Source: a virus
Lineage: Duplodnaviria > Caudoviricetes
DNA: 38,529 nucleotides
Direction: 5' to 3' (one strand)
Virus record (IMG/VR): IMGVR_UViG_3300012940_000053
Span: 1-38,529 of that record
How positions within the stretch are numbered: the stretch's first letter is position 1; the number at the start of each line of letters is the position of its first letter. Below are positions 26,676 to 36,473 of the stretch, in pieces. The translations under genes were made by a program, and so were the position numbers. Under the pieces are notes generated by a model, which saw nothing but the letters and a program-made list of their open reading frames with translations, was not told the origin of the DNA and searched no databases.

Positions 26676-28847
26676 TTATACAGCCTCCAATACAGGTTCC
26701 TTTTCGTACCAATTTGTGTCTGAAAACGACACTTCCGCAACAATTGGCACATTGATATTTGGCGCATCTTCCATGATTCTTTTGATTTCCCAAATCGCCC
26801 AATCTTCAGCCGGATCAGGGCAATTGAACTGAAGCTCGTCATGAACGCACAGAACCATGCGCAGCTTCAACTTGTTTTCCCGAATAAACTTCGCTACTTT
26901 AATCATCTTTTTCTTCAGGTCATCGGCGCACGATCCTTGAATCAGATAATTTGCTACCTTGTAGAACTTCCAATGTTCCGTCAGGTAATAACGACGGCCT
27001 GACATATTCTGCGCCCATCCCTTCTGACGCATGGCCGCGATAACGCCGTCTTGATAGGTGATAACTAGCGGGAATGCATCCGTGTAACCGGCATTCATAG
27101 CTTTTGCTTGATCGAGTGTGATATCCAGCGTTTCAGCCGCTTTATGATCACCACCACCATAGTTCCGCATGAAGTTGAACGTTTTGCCTTTTGACCGCCA
27201 CCACTTCAACTCTTTATCGGCCATCTCTTCAGGCACAAAGCCCATGATTCGGAGTGCCCGCCAAGTCGTCGCGCTATGAACGTCTGTTGGCTTCCACGCT
27301 TTGCCGTCTTTCATATGCCAAACGGAGAAGCCTTCTTTCAGCAATTCTTCCCAATGCTTTCCTTTGGGAGCATCGTTACGAAACTCATTCCAACGTGATC
27401 GCCCTTCGACTGTCGTATAATCAAACAGTTCTCCGGTAATCGAGTGTCTACAATTAAATGGCATGTATGCCCGGCAAAGGTTGAGGTCTCCACCGTAATA
27501 TAAGGTGTAATGGGCTTGCATACGTAACTCGACTTGTGAGAAGTCAATATAGTATCCACGCATGATAAAAGCTTTGCGGGGTGTGAATAGCTCTTGCCCA
27601 TAAAGCGGACACTCCTTTATCTCACATTTAATTCCGTCTCGGGGAAACTGCTGTGCATCGCCAGAAAACCGGCCCGAAACTGGATTGAACTGTCCCATCG
27701 TCGAATAGAATTTGCCGTCATGCACATTACCCAAAATACGTTTGATGTAGGTTGATTTCCATTTCTCCACCCGGCGAAGTGTTGTGATAATTTCAGCAAG
27801 GTCATCGCCTTTATCCTTCATAAATTTCAGGAACTTCTTGTCCGTTGAATCCGGGCGAACGCCAGTCCGTTCTTCGTAGATGTCTTTAATAATTGCATGC
27901 TGTCCAACAGTAAACTCGCGGTCAGCAAGGTCCTCCATTTTCGCTTGTAACCATTCAATATATTCATCCAGCTTTTCACCGGATTCTTCAAGGTATTTAA
28001 CATCTGTTGGAATACCTTGTCGTTCCATGTTCCATGTGTGCGGTAGCAACTCAAATTCCTGCTCCATGATATGCTCCTGCTCACGCTTCTTGATAATCGG
28101 CAATGCCTTTTCGACAATGCGGTCAACAAGCGCAATATCAACAGCCACGTACGGCAACATAATATCCATCGGCACGTCCTGATATCCACGTTGCGGATGT
28201 TCACGCCGCCATTCAGAGAAGACGTTCATGACTTCGGGCGGTATTTCTTCAGTTCCTTTATTCATCGCATCTTCGAACCGGCCAACACCCCAACCATGTG
28301 TTTTTAGCTGAGCGATCAATACTTTTCGATCCGCTTTTTCAATATCTGAAATGGCCTGCTTAACCGCCTTCTGATAACGATCTGTCGTATTATCAACATA
28401 CTTCTTGCCGATATGTTTCAGCTTTAAATTGTCGCCGCCGTCACGCTCACTAATGGCTTCGAATATCAGACGGCAAAGCCCCATCGTATCACCCAATTTT
28501 TTGAATCGATACGAATACTCATTGTCACCGACAACATTCGCCAACATATGGATATCGAACAATACGTTGTGGTTATAAAGGATACCAATTCGGTTTGCGA
28601 TATGATGAATCTTAGACACGTTTTCGAATGTAGTCGGAAACACGAAAATACGTCCTGACCAGCCGAATGCACCAATGAATGGACGTGCTTTGATGATATG
28701 CAAACCGTTGGTTTCTACGTCGCACATACACCACGGCGGTAGTTCGTCCATTTCATCCAATTCATACCAAGCGTCCGTAAGGTCTTCTGCATAAGAGATA
28801 TGGTACCATTTACCGCCAATTCGAATTTGCTTGTCTTCAACGTTCAA
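26676..28847 (-). CDS. Family A DNA polymerase with 3'-5' exonuclease
   Basis: ExoI DVET, motif A DFSQVELR, motif B RSKGKTFNF..YG, motif C VHDEL. Confidence 0.93.
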   Translation of the reverse strand: MNVEDKQIRIGGKWYHISYAEDLTDAWYELDEMDELPPWCMCDVETNGLHIIKARPFIGAFGWSGRIFVFPTTFENVSKIHHIANRIGILYNHNVLFDIHMLANVVGDNEYSYRFKKLGDTMGLCRLIFEAISERDGGDNLKLKHIGKKYVDNTTDRYQKAVKQAISDIEKADRKVLIAQLKTHGWGVGRFEDAMNKGTEEIPPEVMNVFSEWRREHPQRGYQDVPMDIMLPYVAVDIALVDRIVEKALPIIKKREQEHIMEQEFELLPHTWNMERQGIPTDVKYLEESGEKLDEYIEWLQAKMEDLADREFTVGQHAIIKDIYEERTGVRPDSTDKKFLKFMKDKGDDLAEIITTLRRVEKWKSTYIKRILGNVHDGKFYSTMGQFNPVSGRFSGDAQQFPRDGIKCEIKECPLYGQELFTPRKAFIMRGYYIDFSQVELRMQAHYTLYYGGDLNLCRAYMPFNCRHSITGELFDYTTVEGRSRWNEFRNDAPKGKHWEELLKEGFSVWHMKDGKAWKPTDVHSATTWRALRIMGFVPEEMADKELKWWRSKGKTFNFMRNYGGGDHKAAETLDITLDQAKAMNAGYTDAFPLVITYQDGVIAAMRQKGWAQNMSGRRYYLTEHWKFYKVANYLIQGSCADDLKKKMIKVAKFIRENKLKLRMVLCVHDELQFNCPDPAEDWAIWEIKRIMEDAPNINVPIVAEVSFSDTNWYEKEPVLEAV

Positions 28848-31696
28848 AACGGTGGACCTCCTTGTTGGCTTAATGGGATCATTCGGTCTGCATCTGCATT
28901 GCTGCGATATACCTCAACCGCCTTACGTAAGCGCCTTGTTGGCAAAAATCCCTGTGCGCTCACCGTAACCAGATAGTTACTGCTGAGTTCACCCATTAGC
29001 TTATTAAATTCATTGTTTTCCAAACCGGATATAGCCTGAAGATTGAACCTCGGGAACGGTGCTGTTGAATTTAACAACGCTCGAATTACCGTAGGTTTTG
29101 TTCGGCACATTCCCTCAACAATTGTGTTCACCGCATCGTTTGTTTCGTTGTAGGCTTTTCTGTCCCGTACGTAGTCAGCCAAGCGAAAAAAGTTGTTGTC
29201 GTAGCAATCAGTGAGGAAACGAGCAGCCCAATCAACATGACGCTTAGAAACAACAAGAAGTTGACCATCAGCAGAGGAACTGAAGCAACACCCCGCACAA
29301 GCCACCGCAATACGAGCAAGCTTTTTCCAAGCCTCTGCGCCGAAAAACTTAACGTCCGTATTGTACTTTTCGTTAAGTTCTTGCGATACATGCCATACAT
29401 AAGACTCAACTCCTTCTTCCCATACAACTTGTTCCGGCGTTCGGCTCCACACCCAATAAATAAGATTGCGGTAATCAATCGAGTCGTATGCCTTAGTAGT
29501 AATCTCCGTAAGTGGCGAGATGTATTCGCCTTCAGCCACAAGTAAAATAAAGTCGAAACGAGCGATGTCTTCCGTTGCTCCCACAAGATCGTTTACAATA
29601 CTTACGCCAGATGGATAGTCGATAACAGAAGCATTATGCCCATCACCATTCTTGCGCGGGTTTGATAACCACATCATACGTGTGTTCGCTGGAGCTTTGC
29701 CCTTTGCCACTTTACTCACTGTCGCCACACCCGAAGACCGCATATCAGTTAGAGAGGCGATGACATCGAGGCCGCAATCCGACATCTCATCAAGAAATAC
29801 GACACTTTTATTGTTGCGCGGAATCACACCCCATGTAATCTTATGACCGCCTGTTGGCAGCTTCTCAACACCACCCAATAGACCGGCTGTTGTTGCCCGC
29901 TTGACGGATGTAAAGTTGCCAAGCTGATAATACCGAACCAAGCTTTGTGCGACATCGGATTTACCTGTTCGCGTGTCCCCCACAACTAAGCCTTCGGGGT
30001 ACCCCTTAATCATCTTGCCGTTGTATATAAATTTAAGTGGCGAATGAAACATAAGATCGCAACCGTTGACAATCGTGTCGCGGGCAAATGGGCCGATAAT
30101 ATCTTTCGCCATTTCTGCTCGATGCGGCATCATCTCAAATGGATCGCCGGTAAATTTCTTCAGTTCCTCCTGAATACTCTCCGTCATCTTGAACATGTTG
30201 ATACCAATATCAGAGTCTTCAACGTGATCGACAACCAAGAACACGCGCTGTCCGTTATTCGGATGCGGAAAGACACGAAAGAACGCTCGATATCGAGAAC
30301 CCTCAATCATATCTGTTCCAATGACATAAGCGTATTGTTCTGTTGCTCGAAAGTCTTCTAACGATTCGGTTTCCACATCCGGCGTTAAAATCACCTTCTG
30401 AACATCTTGCAATGCTCGAATATGGACTGTCCCATTAGGACACTTATCGGGCCTATTTAGTGTCATATTAATTGCATTTATTTGTTGTTTCTCATTGACT
30501 TCTGTGAAGCGTAAAACAGTCTTCATGTTGTCTTCATCCAGCGTCCACCACCGCGATTTTGGATCAACATTGTCTTTCGCTAAAGGACAGCCATAACAAG
30601 GGCTTTTGCCTTCGTCATCTAACTTCGCTCCATTACAGCGCCATTCAATAGCTGAAGGAACTTGCATGGCTTGATCGTAAGTACCCGACAAAACCACTCG
30701 TGAACTACGATGTTGCCCGGAGTGCTTACCTTGGGGAACCTCCCATAGTTCAATAAGTGGGTAGTGTTGGTTTTTATCCTCTAAGTATAGCTCCCCTGTG
30801 TACAACGCCGCTGCCTTGATTCGAGCGTTTAATTCTTCAGTTCCCCAACCATGCTTGACAACAAAATCGGTGATGTCCTTATCATCTTTTGTTCCCGGTA
30901 GCTCAAGATCGACAATATAAACAGTAGCTCCAGCTTCCCGTAATCGGAATGCTACAGATCGGACCGCCTTTCGTCCTGCACTATCGCAGTCGAAGCACAT
31001 GTAGACGGTTCGCCCTTTGAATAATCCAGCCAGCATCTTCGGAAACGTGCCTTCGCCGCCCGTTACCGTAACTGCATTGTAGCCCATCTGTCGAGCTAAA
31101 AGACAATCATTCTCACCAGCTACGAACAATGTAGGTTGCGGATCGACAATCCATTCATCAAATGGGTACAGCCAAGGCTTTGCGCCCGGTTTTGATCGCA
31201 TCTTTGGTTTGCCGCCCGGATCGTAGGTTCGAACATCTACCAGATGCCAGAACATTTTAACGGGGTATCCAATACCGTCACCAGTGAATCCAAGCGAATA
31301 CTTTCCAATGGTTTTATTCATGATCCCGCGATCATTTAGGTACTCTACAGCGGGTTTGTTTTCATACAAAAGGCGTTGAAGGCGCTCCCACTCATCGTCA
31401 TCATATAACTCATGGTTGTTCAGCATGCCTTCGAGGTATAAAGCTTGATCGTACGTGAGGTTGTAAGCTTTGGCAAGAAAGTTGGTTTCTGACAATCCCC
31501 CTTCGTTAAAACGACCCTCGGCTTGGCATGTTTTGCAATGGAACAATCCCTTTTTGGGATTGACATGCGCCGAGGGCCGTGTCTCATATCCTTTGTCGTG
31601 CGGAAACGGGCATATGACAGGAATTTCACCTTGCGAATTTTCTTCATACGGCCCGCGAGGTTTAAAGAAATACTCGAAGATCATACCTCTATACAT
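28844..31696 (-). CDS. Primase-helicase fusion: Zn finger + TOPRIM + MCM-like AAA+
   Basis: CPFPH..HCKTC; GENDC and FDCD TOPRIM; GDTRTGKS, TTAGL, FLDEM, SNP, ARFD MCM motifs. Confidence 0.88.
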   Translation of the reverse strand: MYRGMIFEYFFKPRGPYEENSQGEIPVICPFPHDKGYETRPSAHVNPKKGLFHCKTCQAEGRFNEGGLSETNFLAKAYNLTYDQALYLEGMLNNHELYDDDEWERLQRLLYENKPAVEYLNDRGIMNKTIGKYSLGFTGDGIGYPVKMFWHLVDVRTYDPGGKPKMRSKPGAKPWLYPFDEWIVDPQPTLFVAGENDCLLARQMGYNAVTVTGGEGTFPKMLAGLFKGRTVYMCFDCDSAGRKAVRSVAFRLREAGATVYIVDLELPGTKDDKDITDFVVKHGWGTEELNARIKAAALYTGELYLEDKNQHYPLIELWEVPQGKHSGQHRSSRVVLSGTYDQAMQVPSAIEWRCNGAKLDDEGKSPCYGCPLAKDNVDPKSRWWTLDEDNMKTVLRFTEVNEKQQINAINMTLNRPDKCPNGTVHIRALQDVQKVILTPDVETESLEDFRATEQYAYVIGTDMIEGSRYRAFFRVFPHPNNGQRVFLVVDHVEDSDIGINMFKMTESIQEELKKFTGDPFEMMPHRAEMAKDIIGPFARDTIVNGCDLMFHSPLKFIYNGKMIKGYPEGLVVGDTRTGKSDVAQSLVRYYQLGNFTSVKRATTAGLLGGVEKLPTGGHKITWGVIPRNNKSVVFLDEMSDCGLDVIASLTDMRSSGVATVSKVAKGKAPANTRMMWLSNPRKNGDGHNASVIDYPSGVSIVNDLVGATEDIARFDFILLVAEGEYISPLTEITTKAYDSIDYRNLIYWVWSRTPEQVVWEEGVESYVWHVSQELNEKYNTDVKFFGAEAWKKLARIAVACAGCCFSSSADGQLLVVSKRHVDWAARFLTDCYDNNFFRLADYVRDRKAYNETNDAVNTIVEGMCRTKPTVIRALLNSTAPFPRFNLQAISGLENNEFNKLMGELSSNYLVTVSAQGFLPTRRLRKAVEVYRSNADADRMIPLSQQGGPPF

Positions 31697-31713
31697 GCCG
31701 CCTATCTCCTTTC

Positions 31714-31856
31714 AATTCGCCCGCTTGGGGCCAGCGACACAATCTACGATGCAAGGCTTCTGCCACAGGCTGCGCATCCACCTATGGATAGCTATTCTTG
31801 CATCGATCTTGCGATTGTGCCCGGCCCCAAAAGGGCGAATTTGCCCCTTCGCCCTT
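31714..31856 (-). ncRNA. Long structured element upstream of the primase-helicase RBS
   Basis: Four nested helices of 9, 8, 7 and 9 bp plus apical hairpin; competing 9-bp hairpin at 31831-31856. Confidence 0.6.
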
Positions 31857-31871
31857 CTGGTTTACGCCGAA

Positions 31872-32081
31872 TTATTCAGCGGCTTCTTCAGGTGCTTCTT
31901 CGTCGGTTTCTTCCTCAATTTCCTCGCCACGCGAGAGGGCTTCCAGCTTGCGACATTCAGCTTCATAAGCGTCTTGCTTTTCATCAAAAGCTTTCTCAGC
32001 GCGATCTACTGCCCGCTTGGTAGCGGAAACCTTTGCGAGTTGTTTTTTCAAGGCTTCAACGTTAACTGTCATGATAATCAT
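31872..32081 (-). CDS. Small coiled-coil protein with acidic tail
   Basis: RBS AAAGGAG; 69 aa (start may be the second Met). Confidence 0.7.
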   Translation of the reverse strand: MIIMTVNVEALKKQLAKVSATKRAVDRAEKAFDEKQDAYEAECRKLEALSRGEEIEEETDEEAPEEAAE

Positions 32082-32128
32082 TTCTCCTTTATAATGGTTT
32101 TATATTGATGGGCCTATGGCCCGGTCAA

Positions 32129-32719
32129 TCAGAATGGTAAATCGTCTTGATCCTTTTCCCACGGAGGGGCTTCATCCGTCTTCTTACCTTTTTTAGCAGC
32201 CTTTTTCGCCGCTGGCGGCGGTGCTGCCTCTTCATTAATATCATCAGGCGGTGCAACATCGGGATCGTCGAACGGATTGCCCATCGGGCCATTGTTCGGA
32301 TCGCCGCCGCTGTATGCTTCCTTCGGTTCGCCGACAAAAGCGACATTAGCCTGCATTTCTTCCTTGCCGTTGTAGTCATTCAGGCGATGAGTAACTTTGA
32401 TTCGAACCGCCTTGAACTTAATCAGCTTGGCGAAGTCTTCCAGCGTTTCGATGTCCAACCCTTCCGCAATACCAACAGCCTTCGAAAGTTGTTGAAATTT
32501 GAAGATTGTACTGTCCATCTGCACAAGGTTGTCAAACATCTTTCGCTTCTGTGCCGGTTGCTCAACATCGGTGCGGATGGTGTACGTTACCTTCAGCATC
32601 GGAGCACCGCTGTTTTTCGAGGTTGTTTTCTTCACATCTGAAATGACTGCTTCATACTCACCCTCGGGCACAAGCTCAAACGAACCAACCTCTGAATAGT
32701 TCGTATTGAAAAATCCCAT
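32129..32719 (-). CDS. DUF669-type single-stranded DNA-binding protein
   Basis: VPEGEYEAVI..SKNSGAPML..; acidic tail ending DDLPF. Confidence 0.85.
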   Translation of the reverse strand: MGFFNTNYSEVGSFELVPEGEYEAVISDVKKTTSKNSGAPMLKVTYTIRTDVEQPAQKRKMFDNLVQMDSTIFKFQQLSKAVGIAEGLDIETLEDFAKLIKFKAVRIKVTHRLNDYNGKEEMQANVAFVGEPKEAYSGGDPNNGPMGNPFDDPDVAPPDDINEEAAPPPAAKKAAKKGKKTDEAPPWEKDQDDLPF

Positions 32720-32750
32720 TCCTCACATCTCCTTTATTCGTCGTGTTCTT

Positions 32751-32780
32751 ATTATATTACATGTGATACGTAAAACGCAA
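32751..32780 (-). promoter_or_regulatory. Putative sigmaA promoter upstream of ssb
   Basis: TTGCGT-N18-TATAAT. Confidence 0.65.
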
Positions 32781-32783
32781 GCA

Positions 32784-33587
32784 TTATTTTTCCTCGGTTA
32801 CCTGTTTTTCGGCTCCCATGGCTTCGAAGATTTCTCCCCACTTCGGATTGTAGATGACCGCCTTCAGATCGTCACGGCGATCAATTGGCATTCGAGCATC
32901 CGCCTTAAAGATACCTCTATCCTGTGTGAAAATACCCCGATGAACCTTACCGTCTTTCTCTGTTTTGAACATATAAAAGACAGCATCGACAGCCGATACA
33001 ATACGCGGCGCGGCGTATTTTCCTTGTAGCATCAATTGCGTAGCGTACGCCTGCCCCATCTCGTTCGTTAATGTCATATCGTGGCCGATCCAAATGACGT
33101 TAATGGGATTCTTTTCTCGCTTCGTCATGCGCTGCCAATCACGCACTTCTCCAACTTCATTACGCTGCAAGTCTTCCCAATCGGATTGGGCACCAAAACG
33201 CCCTTTCAACTCCCGTTGTCGGTTAGGCACAAGCTCAGTCGCTACCCACGTCTTGTATTTCTCTTCAAGCGTAGTAAAACTGTCGATGGCATAGCCGTCG
33301 AAGTCCATCTTCAACTTTTCCTTACCAAGCGTAAGAAAACCCGTATCAACTCCCTCTTTTACAGCCAAATAATCATTGACTGAATCGCAGCCTATAATTG
33401 TTACGTTATCGGACTCTTCAATCGTTGTCGTATTTTTATCTAAATCGATGACGCACACTCGAAAATTAGGATCATTGCCAAGCGTTGTTGTCTTACCTAC
33501 AAGGGGTGGTCCATATAAAACAACGGATCGCCCTGTAGGCTTCTTTTGCGTTAAGACTTCTCCCGGCTTCCTGATACTTATCGCCAT
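32784..33587 (-). CDS. AAA_24 / Sak4-like ATPase (single-strand annealing)
   Basis: LYGPPLVGKTT, AIDSFT, WIGH, VDAVFY; adjacent to SSB and nuclease. Confidence 0.82.
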   Translation of the reverse strand: MAISIRKPGEVLTQKKPTGRSVVLYGPPLVGKTTTLGNDPNFRVCVIDLDKNTTTIEESDNVTIIGCDSVNDYLAVKEGVDTGFLTLGKEKLKMDFDGYAIDSFTTLEEKYKTWVATELVPNRQRELKGRFGAQSDWEDLQRNEVGEVRDWQRMTKREKNPINVIWIGHDMTLTNEMGQAYATQLMLQGKYAAPRIVSAVDAVFYMFKTEKDGKVHRGIFTQDRGIFKADARMPIDRRDDLKAVIYNPKWGEIFEAMGAEKQVTEEK

Positions 33588-33593
33588 TGTCGA

Positions 33594-33821
33594 TTAACCC
33601 TCCTGTTTGAGCGTATAGATTTTGTGGACCTGTGCGTGTTGTGCTATAACACGATACCCTTTTGGCATTTGCAATGCATCCGTAAGGGCATCCTCAGCAT
33701 CAGTAAAGCACTTTTCAATATAATCCGGCGTAGGATATCCCGCTATATGCTCGGAGGACCATTTATGCCGTCCTCTCGGTGTCATAAGCGTTACTTCGAC
33801 ATAAAATTCATCCTTCAACAT
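33594..33821 (-). CDS. Hypothetical protein
   Basis: 75-aa ORF tightly packed in operon. Confidence 0.65.
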   Translation of the reverse strand: MLKDEFYVEVTLMTPRGRHKWSSEHIAGYPTPDYIEKCFTDAEDALTDALQMPKGYRVIAQHAQVHKIYTLKQEG

Positions 33822-33824
33822 TGC

Positions 33825-34193
33825 CTATTCACTCTCCCATTCTTTTGTTTTGTACACGACAAAATGTTTGCGCTCAGGCAGTTTAATGCCCGGATATAAA
33901 ACCGTAGGCTCAAACTTAATGTACTTGAACTTAATCGGCCACCTTCTGAGCAGCCATCGCGGCGCAAAGCGTTCCTTCAGCGCCTCTACCCAGTCTTTCG
34001 GATAATAGTGAACTTGCGGTTCTTGCGTTTGCCCTGCCATCTGTAGCTTTAACGACGCTACTGCATCGCGTGTCATTTTGTCAATATGCGTTTCGAGCCT
34101 AATTGAACCGGCAAAATCATCTATGAACTCTCTTGAAATGTGAAAATTTATTCCATACTCCATGCGTGAAAGTACGATCTCTTCAACTCGCAT
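33825..34193 (-). CDS. Hypothetical protein
   Basis: 122-aa ORF tightly packed in operon. Confidence 0.7.
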   Translation of the reverse strand: MRVEEIVLSRMEYGINFHISREFIDDFAGSIRLETHIDKMTRDAVASLKLQMAGQTQEPQVHYYPKDWVEALKERFAPRWLLRRWPIKFKYIKFEPTVLYPGIKLPERKHFVVYKTKEWESE

Positions 34194-34198
34194 AGCAC

Positions 34199-35353
34199 CT
34201 AAACCTCCACTTCAAAGGATCGCGGGCTTAGTGTTTCTTCATCCTTTTCATAAAACAAATTGGCGATCATGTCGCCGTTTGATCCATCAAATGTTGCTTT
34301 ACATAACTCTTTCATCTGGCACAGTTTACAATGGTCATCAATATTGCGGTAAACCGGATCGTAAGGCATTGCATAATACTCGGCTTCGTCTGTGATGATC
34401 TCACGAAGATTTTCTGCCTCAACAGCAGAGGCGTAAAATTCCTGAATGGCGGCATCAAGCTCCACCTGTTCACGGAATACACGAACACGCTTGAAAAACT
34501 TGTCGCCATGTTCGTCTTCCTGCGATGCCAAATGATCAAGCATTTCTTGATACTTGTCCTCTGTTACGAAAGTTCCATCTGTAATGACGGCAAGCCCATT
34601 GTCGAGCAACGCCTGTTTATAAACGGCCACTGTCGTATTCTGGTTCTTAGCAACCGATATTCCTCCTTTCTTCAGAATTTCGGGAACTGAAGGAACATCC
34701 CGCTTGATCAAATTGTAGATGAAACCATGTGGCGACGGCAGTCTAGTAAGTTCGACTTCCATCCAATGCTTGACGGGCACCCAATAATCGCCTTGTTCAT
34801 GCTTTACCAGCACGTACCCATTGCCTTCCGCAAGCTGCTGGAGCGCCCAGAAATACCGGCTTATTTGCCGATCCATCTCAATCCGCTCAACGTACAGTGA
34901 CATCGATATGCCGCACTTATGGTCCATGAACCAAAGTTGACCAAAATCATCCACCATCAGGATATCAATAGTACCTGTATAAGCAATGCCGTTTGTGAGC
35001 GGAATGGCGAATGTAAACTCGGTTGCAATTGTATGGAATTGACGGTCCTGACGAAACCACTTTTCCGCATAGTTTGATGCAATCGACTTCAGTAAATCCC
35101 ACATACCGTCAATTTCGACTTGCTCCATCCGCGAAGTGTCCGTTTCTTCAAACATTGAACGGGCGGCACGAATGCCGGAAGGAAAGTCTCCAGACATGTG
35201 ATACTCTTCAAGAAACTTATGCATCAAGTTTCCAAAGAATATCTTACCATCCGGGCGCTTCGGCTTCAAGCCGCGAACCCATCGTAATTGCCACTGTTTA
35301 CGACAACGCAGGAAGCTTTGAACCTCACTCCCCCGAACAAGGTTGTATTTCAT
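34199..35353 (-). CDS. PD-(D/E)xK Cas4/RecB-like exonuclease
   Basis: FLRCRKQW, GNLMH, TGTIDIL..MDHK, QISRY, CKLCQMKELC (split 4-Cys). Confidence 0.85.
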   Translation of the reverse strand: MKYNLVRGSEVQSFLRCRKQWQLRWVRGLKPKRPDGKIFFGNLMHKFLEEYHMSGDFPSGIRAARSMFEETDTSRMEQVEIDGMWDLLKSIASNYAEKWFRQDRQFHTIATEFTFAIPLTNGIAYTGTIDILMVDDFGQLWFMDHKCGISMSLYVERIEMDRQISRYFWALQQLAEGNGYVLVKHEQGDYWVPVKHWMEVELTRLPSPHGFIYNLIKRDVPSVPEILKKGGISVAKNQNTTVAVYKQALLDNGLAVITDGTFVTEDKYQEMLDHLASQEDEHGDKFFKRVRVFREQVELDAAIQEFYASAVEAENLREIITDEAEYYAMPYDPVYRNIDDHCKLCQMKELCKATFDGSNGDMIANLFYEKDEETLSPRSFEVEV

Positions 35354-35588
35354 AAGACTCTCCTTTCAGTTGTCCATCATAAACCACATGCGCATGAGGT
35401 TTAGTGCTTCGAACTAGCACTGTTTTCGAATAACCTACATCGTTAGCCACATGCAATTCATGATGCCAGTTATCGTTGCCAGCATAATGTGCGTCCATAA
35501 ATGTGCAATGAAACAGCTTGCCTTCCTCTTCCAACTTGTCACAGAGGGCATCCCAAAGCTCTTGCACAGAAGCATTCTTCAGTTCCAT
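35325..35588 (-). CDS. Hypothetical protein
   Basis: RBS AAAGGAG directly after palindrome copy 3. Confidence 0.65.
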   Translation of the reverse strand: MELKNASVQELWDALCDKLEEEGKLFHCTFMDAHYAGNDNWHHELHVANDVGYSKTVLVRSTKPHAHVVYDGQLKGESYEIQPCSGE

Positions 35589-35603
35589 CCCAATTCATCT
35601 CCT

Positions 35604-35621
35604 TTGAATATTAATATTCAA
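35604..35621. repeat. 18-bp palindrome, copy 3
   Basis: TTGAATATTAATATTCAA; contains the TGA stop of the upstream minus-strand gene. Confidence 0.95.
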
Positions 35622-36199
35622 TCTTCTGTAGGTGGTTGGGCTGTATCAGACGGCTCTTGATACGGAACTCGATACGAGCATCCGTCGTTAGGACACTCGG
35701 CCATGCCCTTGTAAAAGTCCAAATCAGACCCGCATTTCGGGCATTCGTGTTGATTGTCTTGGGCTGTAGGTTGGGCTGTATCGTATTGGGCACAAAAATC
35801 GTTCCAAACATCTTGGCCCATGTATAGCTGGATCGAATGCAGCAATTTCGTATGTTTATCGAGTTCCACCAGCAGCGCAGCGTTGGCTTGCTCCAACCTC
35901 TGGATTTTTTCACGTATCCGCCCCGGTTGCTGCTGCCAGAATCCAAGCGCCTTGTCCTTTTCTTCGAGGGCTTGCCGGGCTTCGTCCCGTTCTTCCTCAA
36001 GGACCGCAATCCGTTCTGTCAACCTGACTTCGACATTCGTTATAAGCTGTTCATCCGGCAGAAAATTGACGTTGGCTTCACGAAGCTCATTCTTCAGTTC
36101 TTCAACGGACCATTGCAGTTCCTTAATGTACAGGTTCTTTATATGAAGTCGCTCTCGTTCAACCCGTAATGCTTCAAGAAGTTTCTTTCGTCCGAACAT
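35618..36199 (-). CDS. Coiled-coil protein with C-terminal Zn ribbon
   Basis: RBS AAGGAGG before MFGRKK; CPKC..CPNDGC. Confidence 0.7.
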   Translation of the reverse strand: MFGRKKLLEALRVERERLHIKNLYIKELQWSVEELKNELREANVNFLPDEQLITNVEVRLTERIAVLEEERDEARQALEEKDKALGFWQQQPGRIREKIQRLEQANAALLVELDKHTKLLHSIQLYMGQDVWNDFCAQYDTAQPTAQDNQHECPKCGSDLDFYKGMAECPNDGCSYRVPYQEPSDTAQPPTED

Positions 36200-36450
36200 C
36201 GAATAAATTCCTCCTTCCAATCCCGGATTTCAATTTCAGCTTCACTAATGGCAAGCTGAATTTCCTGATGTTCCATGACGGTTTCCATGATGTCATTCTG
36301 TTCTTTATCCAAGATGGATTCAAGGATAGATTCGACAAGGTTTTCCTTGTCAAACCGCTCAGCGTATTCATACGGTACTTGCTGCACTTGCTCAATCAGT
36401 CGTTCCGCAATAATTCCTGCCAACTTGTCACGATCAATGAGCATCGCCAT
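36139..36450 (-). CDS. Acidic hypothetical protein
   Basis: RBS AGGAGG; downstream of sigmaA promoter. Confidence 0.7.
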   Translation of the reverse strand: MAMLIDRDKLAGIIAERLIEQVQQVPYEYAERFDKENLVESILESILDKEQNDIMETVMEHQEIQLAISEAEIEIRDWKEEFIRCSDERNFLKHYGLNESDFI

Positions 36451-36473
36451 CGCCTCCTGTTCTTTGTATAGCT

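Noticed and set aside
31714-31856. HDV-like ribozyme or SRP RNA identity for the structured element
   Set aside because: GGCGAAU and UCGCUGGC look HDV-like but P2/P3 partners are missing; SRP helix-8 motif not found
34199-35353. CRISPR-associated cas4
   Set aside because: Sits with Sak4-like ATPase and SSB in a standard phage recombination module
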